64,000 bases of DNA from an uncultured Verrucomicrobiae bacterium (GTDB taxonomy: Bacteria; Verrucomicrobiota; Verrucomicrobiia; Limisphaerales; SIBH01). This document shows positions 9,529 to 19,527 of the stretch, piece after piece (the stretch's first letter is position 1; every line of letters starts with the position of its first letter). The stretch spans positions 356,463 to 420,462 of the forward strand of contig CAVXCM010000011.1 of the NCBI GenBank assembly GCA_963760275.1, written 5' to 3'. The position numbers were made by a program, and so were the translations under genes. The notes beneath the pieces were generated by a model, which was given only the letters and a program-made list of their open reading frames with translations, did no database searches and had not been told where the DNA came from.

Positions 9529-10675
9529 GGCAGCGGCTGCACGTAATCTGATGGAATGGATTTTCCATCAAGCTGATCCTGAAGGAGATCAAGGATGCAC
9601 TGGGGATCGTAGAGTTGGATCACCTTGTCGCGAACGGCGAGGCAGTTTTCCCGGAGCTTGGGTTGCAAGGCCAGCGCTTCATCCAACTTTGCTTTGAATT
9701 CGGACGGAGAACTGCGCAGGGCATCGATGGTGAAAATGCACGGCCTTAGAAGCGGATATTCGTAAGGCAGCGGCCGACCCAGGACCGGAGTACCCATGCA
9801 GACGTATTCGAGGAACTTGGGAATGGAGGCCTCATGCATGCCGCCCGTCGCGATGCAGAAACGGCTTTGACGCACCACTCGGCAATACTCATCCCAACTC
9901 AATCGCCCATGCTGACGCCTGTCGAAGGTCGTGTAAGGACTGCCATCGACCTGCTTTATCCGATCGATTATTCGCTCCCGATCAAGGTAGAGGTTCGCAA
10001 AATCGTAGCGCGCGGAAGCGTAGGCACTGCGCATGAACCAGATGCCGTAGGTGGCACCGGTGAGGGAAACATCGTAGGCGGGCGTGTCCAATTTTAAAGG
10101 CGGCAAGTCATCCGGGTTAACCGAAATGGGAAAATAGAGCAGTCGTCTTGGTATTTGGATTATCCGACCGCCGACGCAATGTTTTGCACAAATCTCGAAA
10201 TGGACTGGAGAGCAATGCAAGCGGTCGCAACGCCGATCCAGCCAAATGAAATGGAATCATGAGTTCCGGTTTTGAAAAAAGCGGAGGGTTCCATCCGTTC
10301 GCGAATTGAGCCGCACCGCTGTGGACGTCGATGCCGTTATAAAGATTGAAGATCAGATATTCGGCATGGTGCGCATACCACCACGGGCTGTTCCACCAGT
10401 CGATGACGACCATCGAAAAATTCTTCCGGTCACGAAGGATTGGCTTCAAGTGCGCCATTTCATTCGGCGCGCAGTCCATGCAGAACAACATGAGCGTCTG
10501 TTTTCCACAGCATCTGCTTTAGCTGCGGAAGAGATGCGGTGTCGGACTTCATCCGCAATGAGTAGTTTTTCACGCCGCGCGCCTGCAAAGCGCGTGTGAC
10601 TGGCATAAAAACAGGATGCTCCGAGTGCGGACTGCGCACCCAGAAGCACTCTTCCAATTTTATTCGGCGCGGCAT
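9525..10675 (-). pseudogene. Putative GT-B/CgeB-like glycosyltransferase interrupted by two frameshifts (probably sequencing errors)
   Basis: Three overlapping minus-strand ORFs join into one ~380-aa protein starting at ATG 10675 (TGATG overlap with gmd); C-terminal SRFCIATGG...KFLEY..MGTPV motif. Confidence 0.6.
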
Positions 10676-11595
10676 CAGTTTGTGGTGCAACGCGCGTCGT
10701 CGATGAGCAAATGGATCATTTGCTCGAACGACACGCTTGGCTGCCAGCCAGTGGCGCGTCGCAGTTTCGTATTGTCTCCCAGCAGCATCACCGACTTTTT
10801 GGTCAGCAGGCCCGGGCGGGTTTGGACGCATTCGCGCCAGTTCACTCCAACGTAGTCGCAGGCGACGCGTAGAAAATCCTCCACGGTATGCGGCACGCCC
10901 GTGGATACGATAAAATCATCCGGGACAAGGTGCGCAAGAATTCGGCTCATGGCGTCGACGAAATCGGGCGCAAATCCCCAGTCCACGGTGGCGCTTAAAT
11001 CCCCAAGGGTCAGGCGCTGCGAGGAGTCCTTTTGGAATGCGAGGACGCCGCGAACGATCTTTTGCGAGAGAAACTTCACGGGCCGGCGGGGGGATTCGTG
11101 GTTGTAAAGTATGCCCACAGACGCAAAGACGCCTCGTTCGCGGCGGAAATAGCGACAGCAGTGAATGCCCGCGGTCTTGGTTATTCCGTAAACACCCTGT
11201 GGTTCCAGAGGTGTCGCTTCATTCTGTGGTTGTTCAAGCGGTGTTCCGAAGATGTGGGAGGAGGCTGCATAAAACAGCCGCGTCCCGGGTGAAAGCCGGT
11301 GGATGGCCTCCAAAAAGTGAAGAAGACCCTGCACATGCACCGCGTAGCTGCGCTCGAAAAGAAGCGAATCGTTCGACTCAATTTCCTTATCCTCCGCGGA
11401 GTGGTGAAACGCGGCGAGGTAATAGCACTCATTTGGTTTAAGCTGTGCCATTAATGCAAACACCTGCTCCCGCGATCCGATGTCGGGACCGGTCTTGCGA
11501 GTCAAGCCCGTTACCGTGTAACCACGTTGCTGGAGAAGTTCCGTGAGATAGAAACCATCCTGGCCGCCCGCCCCGACTATCAACGCGGTTTTCAA
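10675..11595 (-). CDS. gmd: GDP-mannose 4,6-dehydratase family protein
   Basis: ALIVGAGGQDG.YL, Y.LAA, YG.TK, ILYNHESPRR, KI, LGDL...DWG.A.D.V and DF.VSTG motifs; TTG start inferred. Confidence 0.82.
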   Translation of the reverse strand: MKTALIVGAGGQDGFYLTELLQQRGYTVTGLTRKTGPDIGSREQVFALMAQLKPNECYYLAAFHHSAEDKEIESNDSLLFERSYAVHVQGLLHFLEAIHRLSPGTRLFYAASSHIFGTPLEQPQNEATPLEPQGVYGITKTAGIHCCRYFRRERGVFASVGILYNHESPRRPVKFLSQKIVRGVLAFQKDSSQRLTLGDLSATVDWGFAPDFVDAMSRILAHLVPDDFIVSTGVPHTVEDFLRVACDYVGVNWRECVQTRPGLLTKKSVMLLGDNTKLRRATGWQPSVSFEQMIHLLIDDARCTTN

Positions 11596-11596
11596 A

Positions 11597-12826
11597 TCAA
11601 ACCGTATGGATTTCCGGTAACGGAAACAGAAGCTTGCCGCCACGCTTCAAGAAGGCTGCCTCGCGCTGAATCACGTTTTCTTTGAAGTGCCAGGGCAGCA
11701 CGAGCAGGTAATCGGGCTGGCGAGCGTGCCCGTCTAATTCTGAGATAATGGGAATCTTCGTTCCCGGCGTGAAGCAACCAAACTTGTCCGGGTTCACTTC
11801 CATAATTGCCGGCAACAAGTCCGAAGTGATGCCGCAGAACTGCAGGATAACGTTCCCCTTGGTGGAGGCGCCGTAGCCGAGCACCAACTTACCCGCACGC
11901 TTCAATTCCTGCAGCTTGTGGATGAGTTCATCGCGATGTTTGAACACGCGTTCTTTGAAGGCTTTGAACACCTCGAGCCCATCCAACCCCATGTCGCGTT
12001 CGTCCTGAAGCCACTTATTCACCTTCTCCGTCGCTTCAGGATACGCGCTCGCCTCGTGAGCAACCGTGATGGCAAAGCTTCCACCGTTGATGTCGTTCAG
12101 TTGCACATCGATGATTTTCAACCGCGCCCGATCCATCATCCACTTGATCTGCTTCAACCCGTAATATTCGAGGTGCTCGTGGCAAATCGTGTCGTAGGCA
12201 TTCACCTTCAACATGAGGGGCAGGTAACTTTGCTCCAGATGCCAGACGCCGTCAGGCGCGAGAATGTTCCGCACCTGCTCCACGAAGGAGAGCGGCATCT
12301 CCAAGTCGTAGAACATGGCGATGGACGTGACGATCTTCGCGTGCGTTGCTTCCACTTGCCGGCGAAATGTCTCCGCCGAAAAAAAGTCGACGATGAGCTT
12401 CGCGCCGGGCCGGTAGTAATGCCGAAATTTTTCCGCGGAAGGATCAATCCCGACGAGCTTCACATTGTCTGGGTAGGAGCTGAGCAACGTCCCGTCGCTG
12501 CTGCCGATGTCCAGCACCGTATCGCCGGCCTTGAGGGGGCAAATTTTTTGCAGGGCAGCTGTTTTCGAACGGAGATGTTCCACCATGGATTTGTTCAAGC
12601 CGGAACGATAGCCGTAGGTGGGACCGTACATGGCCGAGAGATCGTAGGAGTGGCGCAACTGCACCAGTCCACACAGGTCACATTTCACGAGCTCCAACTG
12701 CCCGCGGGCCAGCGATTGATTCGGCGTCGCCGGAAAAATCCCCGTGAGAGACTGCTCGCCAAGATCGATCAGCGAGGTCAGTTCGCGCGACTCGCAGAGC
12801 CGGCAGGCGGGGATAGCTTTGATCAT
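11597..12826 (-). CDS. NDP-hexose C-methyltransferase (Zn-binding, TylC3/EryBIII-like)
   Basis: CRLC...C..CGLVQL, DIGSSDG.LL, YDTICHEHLEYY, GYGASTKGN and K.G.FTPG..IPI motifs. Confidence 0.9.
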   Translation of the reverse strand: MIKAIPACRLCESRELTSLIDLGEQSLTGIFPATPNQSLARGQLELVKCDLCGLVQLRHSYDLSAMYGPTYGYRSGLNKSMVEHLRSKTAALQKICPLKAGDTVLDIGSSDGTLLSSYPDNVKLVGIDPSAEKFRHYYRPGAKLIVDFFSAETFRRQVEATHAKIVTSIAMFYDLEMPLSFVEQVRNILAPDGVWHLEQSYLPLMLKVNAYDTICHEHLEYYGLKQIKWMMDRARLKIIDVQLNDINGGSFAITVAHEASAYPEATEKVNKWLQDERDMGLDGLEVFKAFKERVFKHRDELIHKLQELKRAGKLVLGYGASTKGNVILQFCGITSDLLPAIMEVNPDKFGCFTPGTKIPIISELDGHARQPDYLLVLPWHFKENVIQREAAFLKRGGKLLFPLPEIHTV

Positions 12827-13027
12827 GGCGCAAGGTTTTGGGCGATACGCGAGGGGCGCCGCAAGAAAAAAGGCACCCGGCCGGGCTCATCGTTGGCGAG
12901 GTGGCGATAGGCCGCGCACAATGCCAGTCCTGCACGCAAACCTTGAAGTGGTGTTGGAGAGCCGGTACCGTCTGTGGCAAATCTCGGCTTGTGGTGCGGC
13001 AGGTTTCGCGCCCAGGGCGTGTCCCAA

Positions 13028-13921
13028 ATGAATTTCGCCAAAAAAGTTTTCGTGACCCTCCGCAGCATCGCCCAACACCCTCTGACGGGAAAATCCAAGG
13101 CGGCCGCAATGTGGAACTTCTGCGCCTCGCAGGTCGCGGTGCGCATGGTTCCTGGCGATACGTGCGTCACCTTTCCCAACGAGACGAGGCTCTTAATATC
13201 GCCACGCATGAAGGGCGCGGCGCACTTCATCACGCCCGGGCTGTGCGAGTTTGAGGAGATGTCGTTTGTCATGCACTTCCTGCGGCCGGAAGATCTTTTC
13301 GTCGATGTCGGGGCCAATGTAGGTGCCTACACGGTGCTGGCCAGCGGTGTGGTGGGGGCCAGGTCCATCTCCTTCGAACCCAGCGCATCCACCTACGAGT
13401 TCCTGCAGCGGAACGTGCAACTCAACGGCCTCTCCGGCCGAGTCACCACGCACAATGTGGCCTTGGGAAGCGAACACGGAACCGCCCGTTTCACCGAAAA
13501 TCTTGGTACAGAAAACCATTTGATCAGCAACGGCGACGAATCGGGCACTCGCGAAGTCAGGGTCGAATCCTTGGATGCAACGCTTGCTGGCTCCAAGCCG
13601 ACGTTGCTCAAGATTGATGTGGAAGGCTTCGAGACGAAAGTGCTCTCCGGGGCGAGGCACACCTTACGCGAACCATCCCTTCAGGCGTTCATCGTCGAAC
13701 GATCCAACATCGGCGCCACTTTTGGTTTCGATGAAGATAAGTTGCATGGCGAGATCCGCGCTTTGGGCTTCATTCCCTGCGTCTATGCGCCTTTGCCGAG
13801 GACTCTGACCCGCCTGCCCGACGACGCGCTGGGCAACATCATTTATGTGCGGGATTTTGCCGAGGCTCAGAGGCGATTGAAGGACGCTGCGCCCTACCAC
13901 TTCGGTGAGCACAGAGTTTGA
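13028..13921 (+). CDS. FkbM family methyltransferase
   Basis: FVDVGANVG, SFEP, ALG, LD and LKIDVEG.E..VL.GA motifs. Confidence 0.9.
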   Translation: MNFAKKVFVTLRSIAQHPLTGKSKAAAMWNFCASQVAVRMVPGDTCVTFPNETRLLISPRMKGAAHFITPGLCEFEEMSFVMHFLRPEDLFVDVGANVGAYTVLASGVVGARSISFEPSASTYEFLQRNVQLNGLSGRVTTHNVALGSEHGTARFTENLGTENHLISNGDESGTREVRVESLDATLAGSKPTLLKIDVEGFETKVLSGARHTLREPSLQAFIVERSNIGATFGFDEDKLHGEIRALGFIPCVYAPLPRTLTRLPDDALGNIIYVRDFAEAQRRLKDAAPYHFGEHRV

Positions 13922-14047
13922 GGTGAGGATCCGGTCCGCACTCCGATGCAAGCCGTTTGCCCCAAATTTGCTTGGCAGCAACCGTCCGCATCCATTTAGT
14001 CTGGCAAAAATATCTGGTGCGCCCGCGGCGCCGGCTGTGTCGTAACT

Positions 14048-14641
14048 ATGATTGGTAAACTGCTGTGCGAGCTTTCGTTTGAAGTAAGGCGCAATCGCCT
14101 CACCCGGCTGCTGCACCGTCCGGATATCGCAAAAAAGCTGCATCCCGGGAGCTCCGAGCCTGCGGTAACCGCCTGTATCGTCGATGGTAACTGGAATGGT
14201 CCGGTTTGGGATGTCGGAGGATTCGTCGGCCAACTCGCTTATGAAATCGCCCAGCGCCACAAGGTCCTGGTCTTCGAACCGAACCTTTGCAACCTCTACT
14301 ATCTTTCCTACAAACTGAAGGACCTTCCCAACGCCACCATCGTTCCATGCGCCCTCACGCTGGAAGGAAAGCCGTGGCAGGCGTCCATCAACCCCGACTT
14401 CACGAAACCCGCCGATGGACCGCAGGCGATCACTCTTTCCGTCGAAGAAGCCCTTCGCAAATTTGGCAAGCCAGGGTTGATCAAACTCGATATCGAAGGC
14501 GGCGAGTATGAAGTTATGAAGTCTCCTGCGCTCGTTGGGATTCCCATGCTGGTCGAGTGGCACCGGGACATCCCCCAGCAGCTCGAGCACTGGCACGTCA
14601 AGCCCCTGGATGCCGTGCATACGCTACTAACACCGAAATAG
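14048..14641 (+). CDS. Short FkbM-like methyltransferase
   Basis: VWDVGGFVG, VFEPN, IKLDIEGGEY and VEWH motifs. Confidence 0.72.
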   Translation: MIGKLLCELSFEVRRNRLTRLLHRPDIAKKLHPGSSEPAVTACIVDGNWNGPVWDVGGFVGQLAYEIAQRHKVLVFEPNLCNLYYLSYKLKDLPNATIVPCALTLEGKPWQASINPDFTKPADGPQAITLSVEEALRKFGKPGLIKLDIEGGEYEVMKSPALVGIPMLVEWHRDIPQQLEHWHVKPLDAVHTLLTPK

Positions 14642-14655
14642 GCGTCCTCCAGCTC

Positions 14656-15540
14656 ATGGGTCTCGATATCAACGCCATTCAATTCCTCATCCTTGCCCGC
14701 AAGGATGGAATCGAACTGGGCGACGTCGTCATGCTGGGGCGGCAGGACCTCAACGTTTACCCGGCCAGGATGCGCGCCATCCTGGCGAAGCACGGTTTTC
14801 CCACCGATGCATTCGAGCCGGGCGCGCCGGACACCGGATTTGCCGAACCGGCTTTCAAAGCGCTCGGCGCTAAAAGCATCTCATCGTTGGACGCTTCAGA
14901 TTTTGAGGGAGCGACCGTGGTGCATGACCTCAACCAGCCCTTGCCTGCTGAATTCCGGGAGCGGTTCGATGTGGTTTACGACGGCGGGACTTTGGAACAC
15001 GTCTTCAACTATCCCCTGGCGCTGAAGAGTTGCATGGAAATGGTTCGCCCCGGTGGCTGTTTCATCACGCACACCGCCGCCAACAATTGGTGCGGGCACG
15101 GCTTCTACCAATTCAGTCCCGAACTATTCTACAGCGCCCTCAGCCCTGAAAATGGCTTCAAGGTCGAGCGGCTCATTGCCCATCGTGTCGGTCCCTACGG
15201 CCGCTGGTACCAAGTTTCCGACCCAGGCAAAGTCAGGACTCGTGTGGAAGCCATGACCTTTGCGCCCTACCAACTGCTCGTGCGGGCGCGGCGCGAAAAA
15301 ACTGCGCCCATCTTCGCCAGAGCCCCGCAACAAAGTGATTACTCCCCGCGCTGGAGTGAGGACGCCGGCGGTGCCGCCGCAGATGCCGCTGGAAACCGTT
15401 ACGCCCCTTCCCGGCCCTGGCTCGCCCGCTACTTCCCCGCGGCCGCACGCCTTTGGAATGTCATCGTTAATGGCGTGCGAATTTACCGCACTCTTTCACT
15501 GCACAATCGCAAAAACTTTCGCCCCGTGCCTCGCCCCTGA
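14656..15540 (+). CDS. Class I SAM-dependent methyltransferase
   Basis: LGRQ, SLDAS.FEGA..VHDLN.P, FDVVYDGGTLEHVFN and HGFYQFSP motifs. Confidence 0.78.
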   Translation: MGLDINAIQFLILARKDGIELGDVVMLGRQDLNVYPARMRAILAKHGFPTDAFEPGAPDTGFAEPAFKALGAKSISSLDASDFEGATVVHDLNQPLPAEFRERFDVVYDGGTLEHVFNYPLALKSCMEMVRPGGCFITHTAANNWCGHGFYQFSPELFYSALSPENGFKVERLIAHRVGPYGRWYQVSDPGKVRTRVEAMTFAPYQLLVRARREKTAPIFARAPQQSDYSPRWSEDAGGAAADAAGNRYAPSRPWLARYFPAAARLWNVIVNGVRIYRTLSLHNRKNFRPVPRP

Positions 15541-15549
15541 ACCGCGCTT

Positions 15550-16407
15550 ATGCTTCGCCACTTCTTGAAGTTCACCGCGCTCGGCCGGGTGGTTCTGATC
15601 CCCATCCGTCTCTGGGGCGCACTCAGTTACGCATGGCCCCAATTGGGCCTGATGCTCCGCTGGGCCTTTACCTCCAAGGAACATTACAACCACACGTATC
15701 ATCTCACACCCCTGAGCCGCGCTTACCTGGCCAGCTACACGGCAGTCATTTGCGGGCATCCTGAAGCCGAGATCGAAAAGTACTTTGCCGAACTGGAACA
15801 GGATGAAGAACTCCGACAATCCCTCGTGCAACGCGCGCTCGCCAGCCCGGACAGGCACAATTCCGACGTCGAGCCGCGCTACGGCCGGCGCCTCGGGTGG
15901 TACGCGCTTGTTCGCGCTACCAAACCAATGATCATCGTTGAAACCGGCGTCGATCGCGGGTTGGGCACCGTAGTCATCGCCGCTGCCTTGCGCCGCAACG
16001 CCAGGGAGGGCTTTCCCGGAATGCTCTACGCTACGGACATCGTTCCATCGTGCGGGCACCTGATGTCGGAAACCTATCGGCATTACGCGAAAATTATTCT
16101 CGGCGATTCGGTGGCCACCTTGAAGAACTTCGACCAACCCGTGGACATATTCATCCATGACAGCGACCACCGCCCGGAATACGAATGGGCCGAGTTCATC
16201 GCCATTGAACCGAAACTCCATCCCGGCTCAATCACGATGAGTGATAACTCCCAGCAGACATCGAAACTGCTTGAGTTCGCCCATCGCATCAACCGGAGCT
16301 TCCTTTATTTCCAGGATCAACCCTGGAAACATTGGTGGCCGGGCGATGGGATTGGCGCTGCTTTCATTCCTGGCAAGCACTACTATTTTCCCGACGAAAG
16401 GAAATGA
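15550..16407 (+). CDS. Class I SAM methyltransferase (Methyltransf_24-like)
   Basis: LVRA.KP..IVETGV..G.GT, GDS, VD.FIHDSDH and SDN motifs. Confidence 0.82.
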   Translation: MLRHFLKFTALGRVVLIPIRLWGALSYAWPQLGLMLRWAFTSKEHYNHTYHLTPLSRAYLASYTAVICGHPEAEIEKYFAELEQDEELRQSLVQRALASPDRHNSDVEPRYGRRLGWYALVRATKPMIIVETGVDRGLGTVVIAAALRRNAREGFPGMLYATDIVPSCGHLMSETYRHYAKIILGDSVATLKNFDQPVDIFIHDSDHRPEYEWAEFIAIEPKLHPGSITMSDNSQQTSKLLEFAHRINRSFLYFQDQPWKHWWPGDGIGAAFIPGKHYYFPDERK

Positions 16408-17237
16408 CGCCCGGCCGTTCAGCGATCGTCACGGTGGCTTTCGGTCATTCGACCGAACACCTCGACTACACCTTCCTGAGCTTTGCGAAAAAGAATCCCG
16501 CGGTCCCGTTGCACGCATTTATAGTAGGCGACCGACTGCCTACTCAACGACTGCCGGAAATCACCTACCATCTCGTGGCGCCGGTGCCGGACTTTTCCCA
16601 TCCCTTGCGCGAAATCTACTTCCGTCGTCACGAACTGATCGATCGACTCGAGGTGGACTACGCGCTGGTCGTTGATTCCTACGACGTGCTCTGCCTGCAG
16701 CCGCTCAACTCATTCGAGAAGATTCTGGCGGGCTTCGACATGGCCGCCGCGACGGAACACATGGGTTCGCGCTACATTCTTGGCCAGGGCTACACCTCGA
16801 ATTTTCTCAACGGCGGCGTGACGTTTTGGAACGTGCCGAGGAGCCGGGATATGCGGTCTGAAATCATCCAGCGAGGCAAAACGCGCTTTCGGATCGTCGC
16901 CGACGATCAGCTCGTCATCAACGAAGTGGTCCACACGAAATACTTCGAGCGAGTGAGGATACTGCCCTGCCAGTATAATTTCCGCCCGTTCTTCCGAGGC
17001 AGTGTTCTGGAACGATTCTGGCGATGGATTCGGTTTCGGGGCTGGCCGGCAGTCCAACACCTGGACGGAGCGATCATCTACCACAATCTCACCTCAATGG
17101 ATTTGGTGAAGGCACAGCCGCAGTTTAAACCTCGCGCCTATCTTCCCCAGTTGGCGACCGACGCTGGGCCATTGCACGGCAAGTGGGCTCAGAATTTCAG
17201 AAAACTCTTCCCCGGACGAACCGTCGAGCGGAAATAA
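16404..17237 (+). CDS. Putative GT-A glycosyltransferase (GT8/PLOD-GT-like)
   Basis: VDSYDVL (DxD-like), FLNGGV, DDQLVIN, LPCQYN and IYH motifs; ATGA overlap with the upstream gene. Confidence 0.68.
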   Translation: MTPGRSAIVTVAFGHSTEHLDYTFLSFAKKNPAVPLHAFIVGDRLPTQRLPEITYHLVAPVPDFSHPLREIYFRRHELIDRLEVDYALVVDSYDVLCLQPLNSFEKILAGFDMAAATEHMGSRYILGQGYTSNFLNGGVTFWNVPRSRDMRSEIIQRGKTRFRIVADDQLVINEVVHTKYFERVRILPCQYNFRPFFRGSVLERFWRWIRFRGWPAVQHLDGAIIYHNLTSMDLVKAQPQFKPRAYLPQLATDAGPLHGKWAQNFRKLFPGRTVERK

Positions 17238-17241
17238 CAGT

Positions 17242-18054
17242 TTACGCCTTCCGGTAAGTCAGAAAGGACCCTTCGTCATTGTGCCGCACGAACTGATAGT
17301 ATTTTAGCCCAAGATCCACCGACTTCAGTTCAGGGAAGTTTTTCCCAAGCCATGCCTTCCATTCCGCGTTGGTCCACTTGGTTTGATGCAAGTCCACGCC
17401 GTCATGGATATCAGGGCGAGAGGTGGTAGAAGCTATAAAGTAACCGCCGGGCGCGAGATGATGGACAATGTTGCGGAACAGCTGAGGCAAATCAGACGTC
17501 GGAATATGCTCCAGCACCTCCCACATCGTAACGAGATGAAACCGTGCCAACTGGGCACCATCGAACACCTGAAAGGGCTTCGTGACATCGCATGTAAACA
17601 GCTTCTTTCCGCCCAGTTCGGGCCAGTTTGCACGACCGTGCTTCAAGGAAAAGTCCGAGCCCTCCAAGCCCGCGGCAAACCAACCGAGATCAGCAAAGTC
17701 TTTCACTAACTGGCCACCGGAACAGCCGAGGTCCAATGCCCCAAAGCGCGGACCCGAAGATTCCCGTGTGATACGTTCTGCCATGAGGCAGACAAATTTC
17801 TTGTTTGTGCTGTTATCGCGCGCGGTCCCCCAGGGGATCATGTGGTCGGGGGATTCAAAGGCGATGGGATGTTTCGATTCGAGACGTATCACCGACGAAT
17901 CGGGTGGCGGCAATCGGCCAAAAAAACGATACTGGAGCGCAAACAAAAACTCGTGCCATTGTTTGTAGGCACGCATCCACACCTCCGCTAGCAGGAACTT
18001 CGTTTCCCCGTGCTTAATGAGATGGCATGCCCATTTAATTGCTCGAAACAGCAT
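17242..18054 (-). CDS. Class I SAM-dependent methyltransferase
   Basis: LDLGCSGG, GLEGS, WEVLEHI and L.PGG.F motifs. Confidence 0.85.
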   Translation of the reverse strand: MLFRAIKWACHLIKHGETKFLLAEVWMRAYKQWHEFLFALQYRFFGRLPPPDSSVIRLESKHPIAFESPDHMIPWGTARDNSTNKKFVCLMAERITRESSGPRFGALDLGCSGGQLVKDFADLGWFAAGLEGSDFSLKHGRANWPELGGKKLFTCDVTKPFQVFDGAQLARFHLVTMWEVLEHIPTSDLPQLFRNIVHHLAPGGYFIASTTSRPDIHDGVDLHQTKWTNAEWKAWLGKNFPELKSVDLGLKYYQFVRHNDEGSFLTYRKA

Positions 18055-18225
18055 AATTGCGATCGACGTTACGAACGGGGCGGAAGCCGAACCAGCAGAA
18101 ACTTAAGTCACGCTATTGCCGGACTCGCTGCGGTCGTCACTCAAAGTCGCGAACTATTTCTGCAAGTTATCCCCGAGAGAATGAAAGCGCATTTGCGAAG
18201 GCGAGCGGGTTCTGTAATGAAGTGC

Positions 18226-19362
18226 TCAAGGCACTTCTGAAACTCGGAAATAGCGCCCGGTAACATCCACATCGAACTCGCTATCCGTTGATTCAGATTG
18301 TGCGGTAAAGGGAGGGCCAGTTGGGGTCCAATTCACCAAGTCCGTAGTCGCTTCCAATACATAGTTTCTGCCCACCATCAAGCGCTGCGTCACCCGCACT
18401 TTGCTAACCCTAATACTCAATGTCGGGACAAACGGGGGCGAGCCAATCACAATCCTCGGAGGATTTGTGTAACAGCAGCCCGCGGCAGTAATATTGATGG
18501 CGGTTACCATCCCCCCGCTAATTGTGGCGGTAGCAGTTGCGTTCGAACCGCCGCCCCCGCTAATCGACACGGGAGGAGCGCTCGTGTACCCACATCCGTA
18601 ATCGGTGATCGTCGCTCCCACAACAAATCCATTCACCAAGGTAGCTGTCGCAGTCGCCGCATGGGGCGAACAGATTTCGTTGTAAGAGTATAGTTGGGCG
18701 ACTTCGTTAGCGGAGAGGGCGCGATTGTAGATGCGCACGTCGTCGATCAAACCGTTAAAATAACGAAGATTGTTGTTCTGCCCGCCAATGGTGAAGTCCG
18801 TTGGAACCGAGTATGTAATTGGTCCGGCGTCCACAGATTGGTTGCCATTAATGTAAAACAACAAGTTTCCTGAGGCGCGAAGCATTACGACGTGATACCA
18901 CGCATTCGTATTCCCGATAACTTGACCGCTGCTCCTCCATCCTCCGGGAGTAGCGGGAAGCAATGCCTCCCAAGTCGAACTATTGTTGAATCCAAAACCG
19001 AAACCATCGCCACTGGAACCGTTATCCATGCCGACATTCACTGCAATTCCGTGCTGGGGTAACGCCGCTGGCTTTATCCAGGCTGACAAAGTCCAATTCA
19101 TGACTTGGGCTATCGGTGGCGCATTGAATTCTATCCTGCTGCTCGTTCCGTTGAAACGATAAGCGGAATTAGCGTGCCCCTGTCGATTTGACGTAAGCGT
19201 CGCTCCCACAATTGTCCCGTTATTAGTTCCAAAAACATTATTTGCGTTACCATTTAGCGGATAATGCGCAACGAGTCCGTTAGTTAGAAAAGACTGACCA
19301 CTCACATTCAGCCAAGAAAGCGCCAAAACTCCGGAAACTGCCAATATCTTGTATGCGTTCAT
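18226..19362 (-). CDS. Secreted LamG-like jellyroll protein with beta-repeats and a C-terminal T/S-DL..W...YFR domain
   Basis: Signal peptide; GLVAHYPLNGNA, T.SAWIK, WYHVV, YING and FNG.IDDVRIYNRALS..EV..LY motifs. Confidence 0.88.
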   Translation of the reverse strand: MNAYKILAVSGVLALSWLNVSGQSFLTNGLVAHYPLNGNANNVFGTNNGTIVGATLTSNRQGHANSAYRFNGTSSRIEFNAPPIAQVMNWTLSAWIKPAALPQHGIAVNVGMDNGSSGDGFGFGFNNSSTWEALLPATPGGWRSSGQVIGNTNAWYHVVMLRASGNLLFYINGNQSVDAGPITYSVPTDFTIGGQNNNLRYFNGLIDDVRIYNRALSANEVAQLYSYNEICSPHAATATATLVNGFVVGATITDYGCGYTSAPPVSISGGGGSNATATATISGGMVTAINITAAGCCYTNPPRIVIGSPPFVPTLSIRVSKVRVTQRLMVGRNYVLEATTDLVNWTPTGPPFTAQSESTDSEFDVDVTGRYFRVSEVP

Positions 19363-19527
19363 GAGGGATTCTGTATTGCGAGCGTTAAGTCATGACTTTG
19401 CAGCAACTACGATGGGGTTGGCAATTTGTTTCGGAGATCACACCTTCATTTTCCACACGCGGGAAACTAGTATTTATCTTGTAAGAACCACCCAATTCGC
19501 AGAGCTTTTGAGCTCCAGCCTAAGTTT

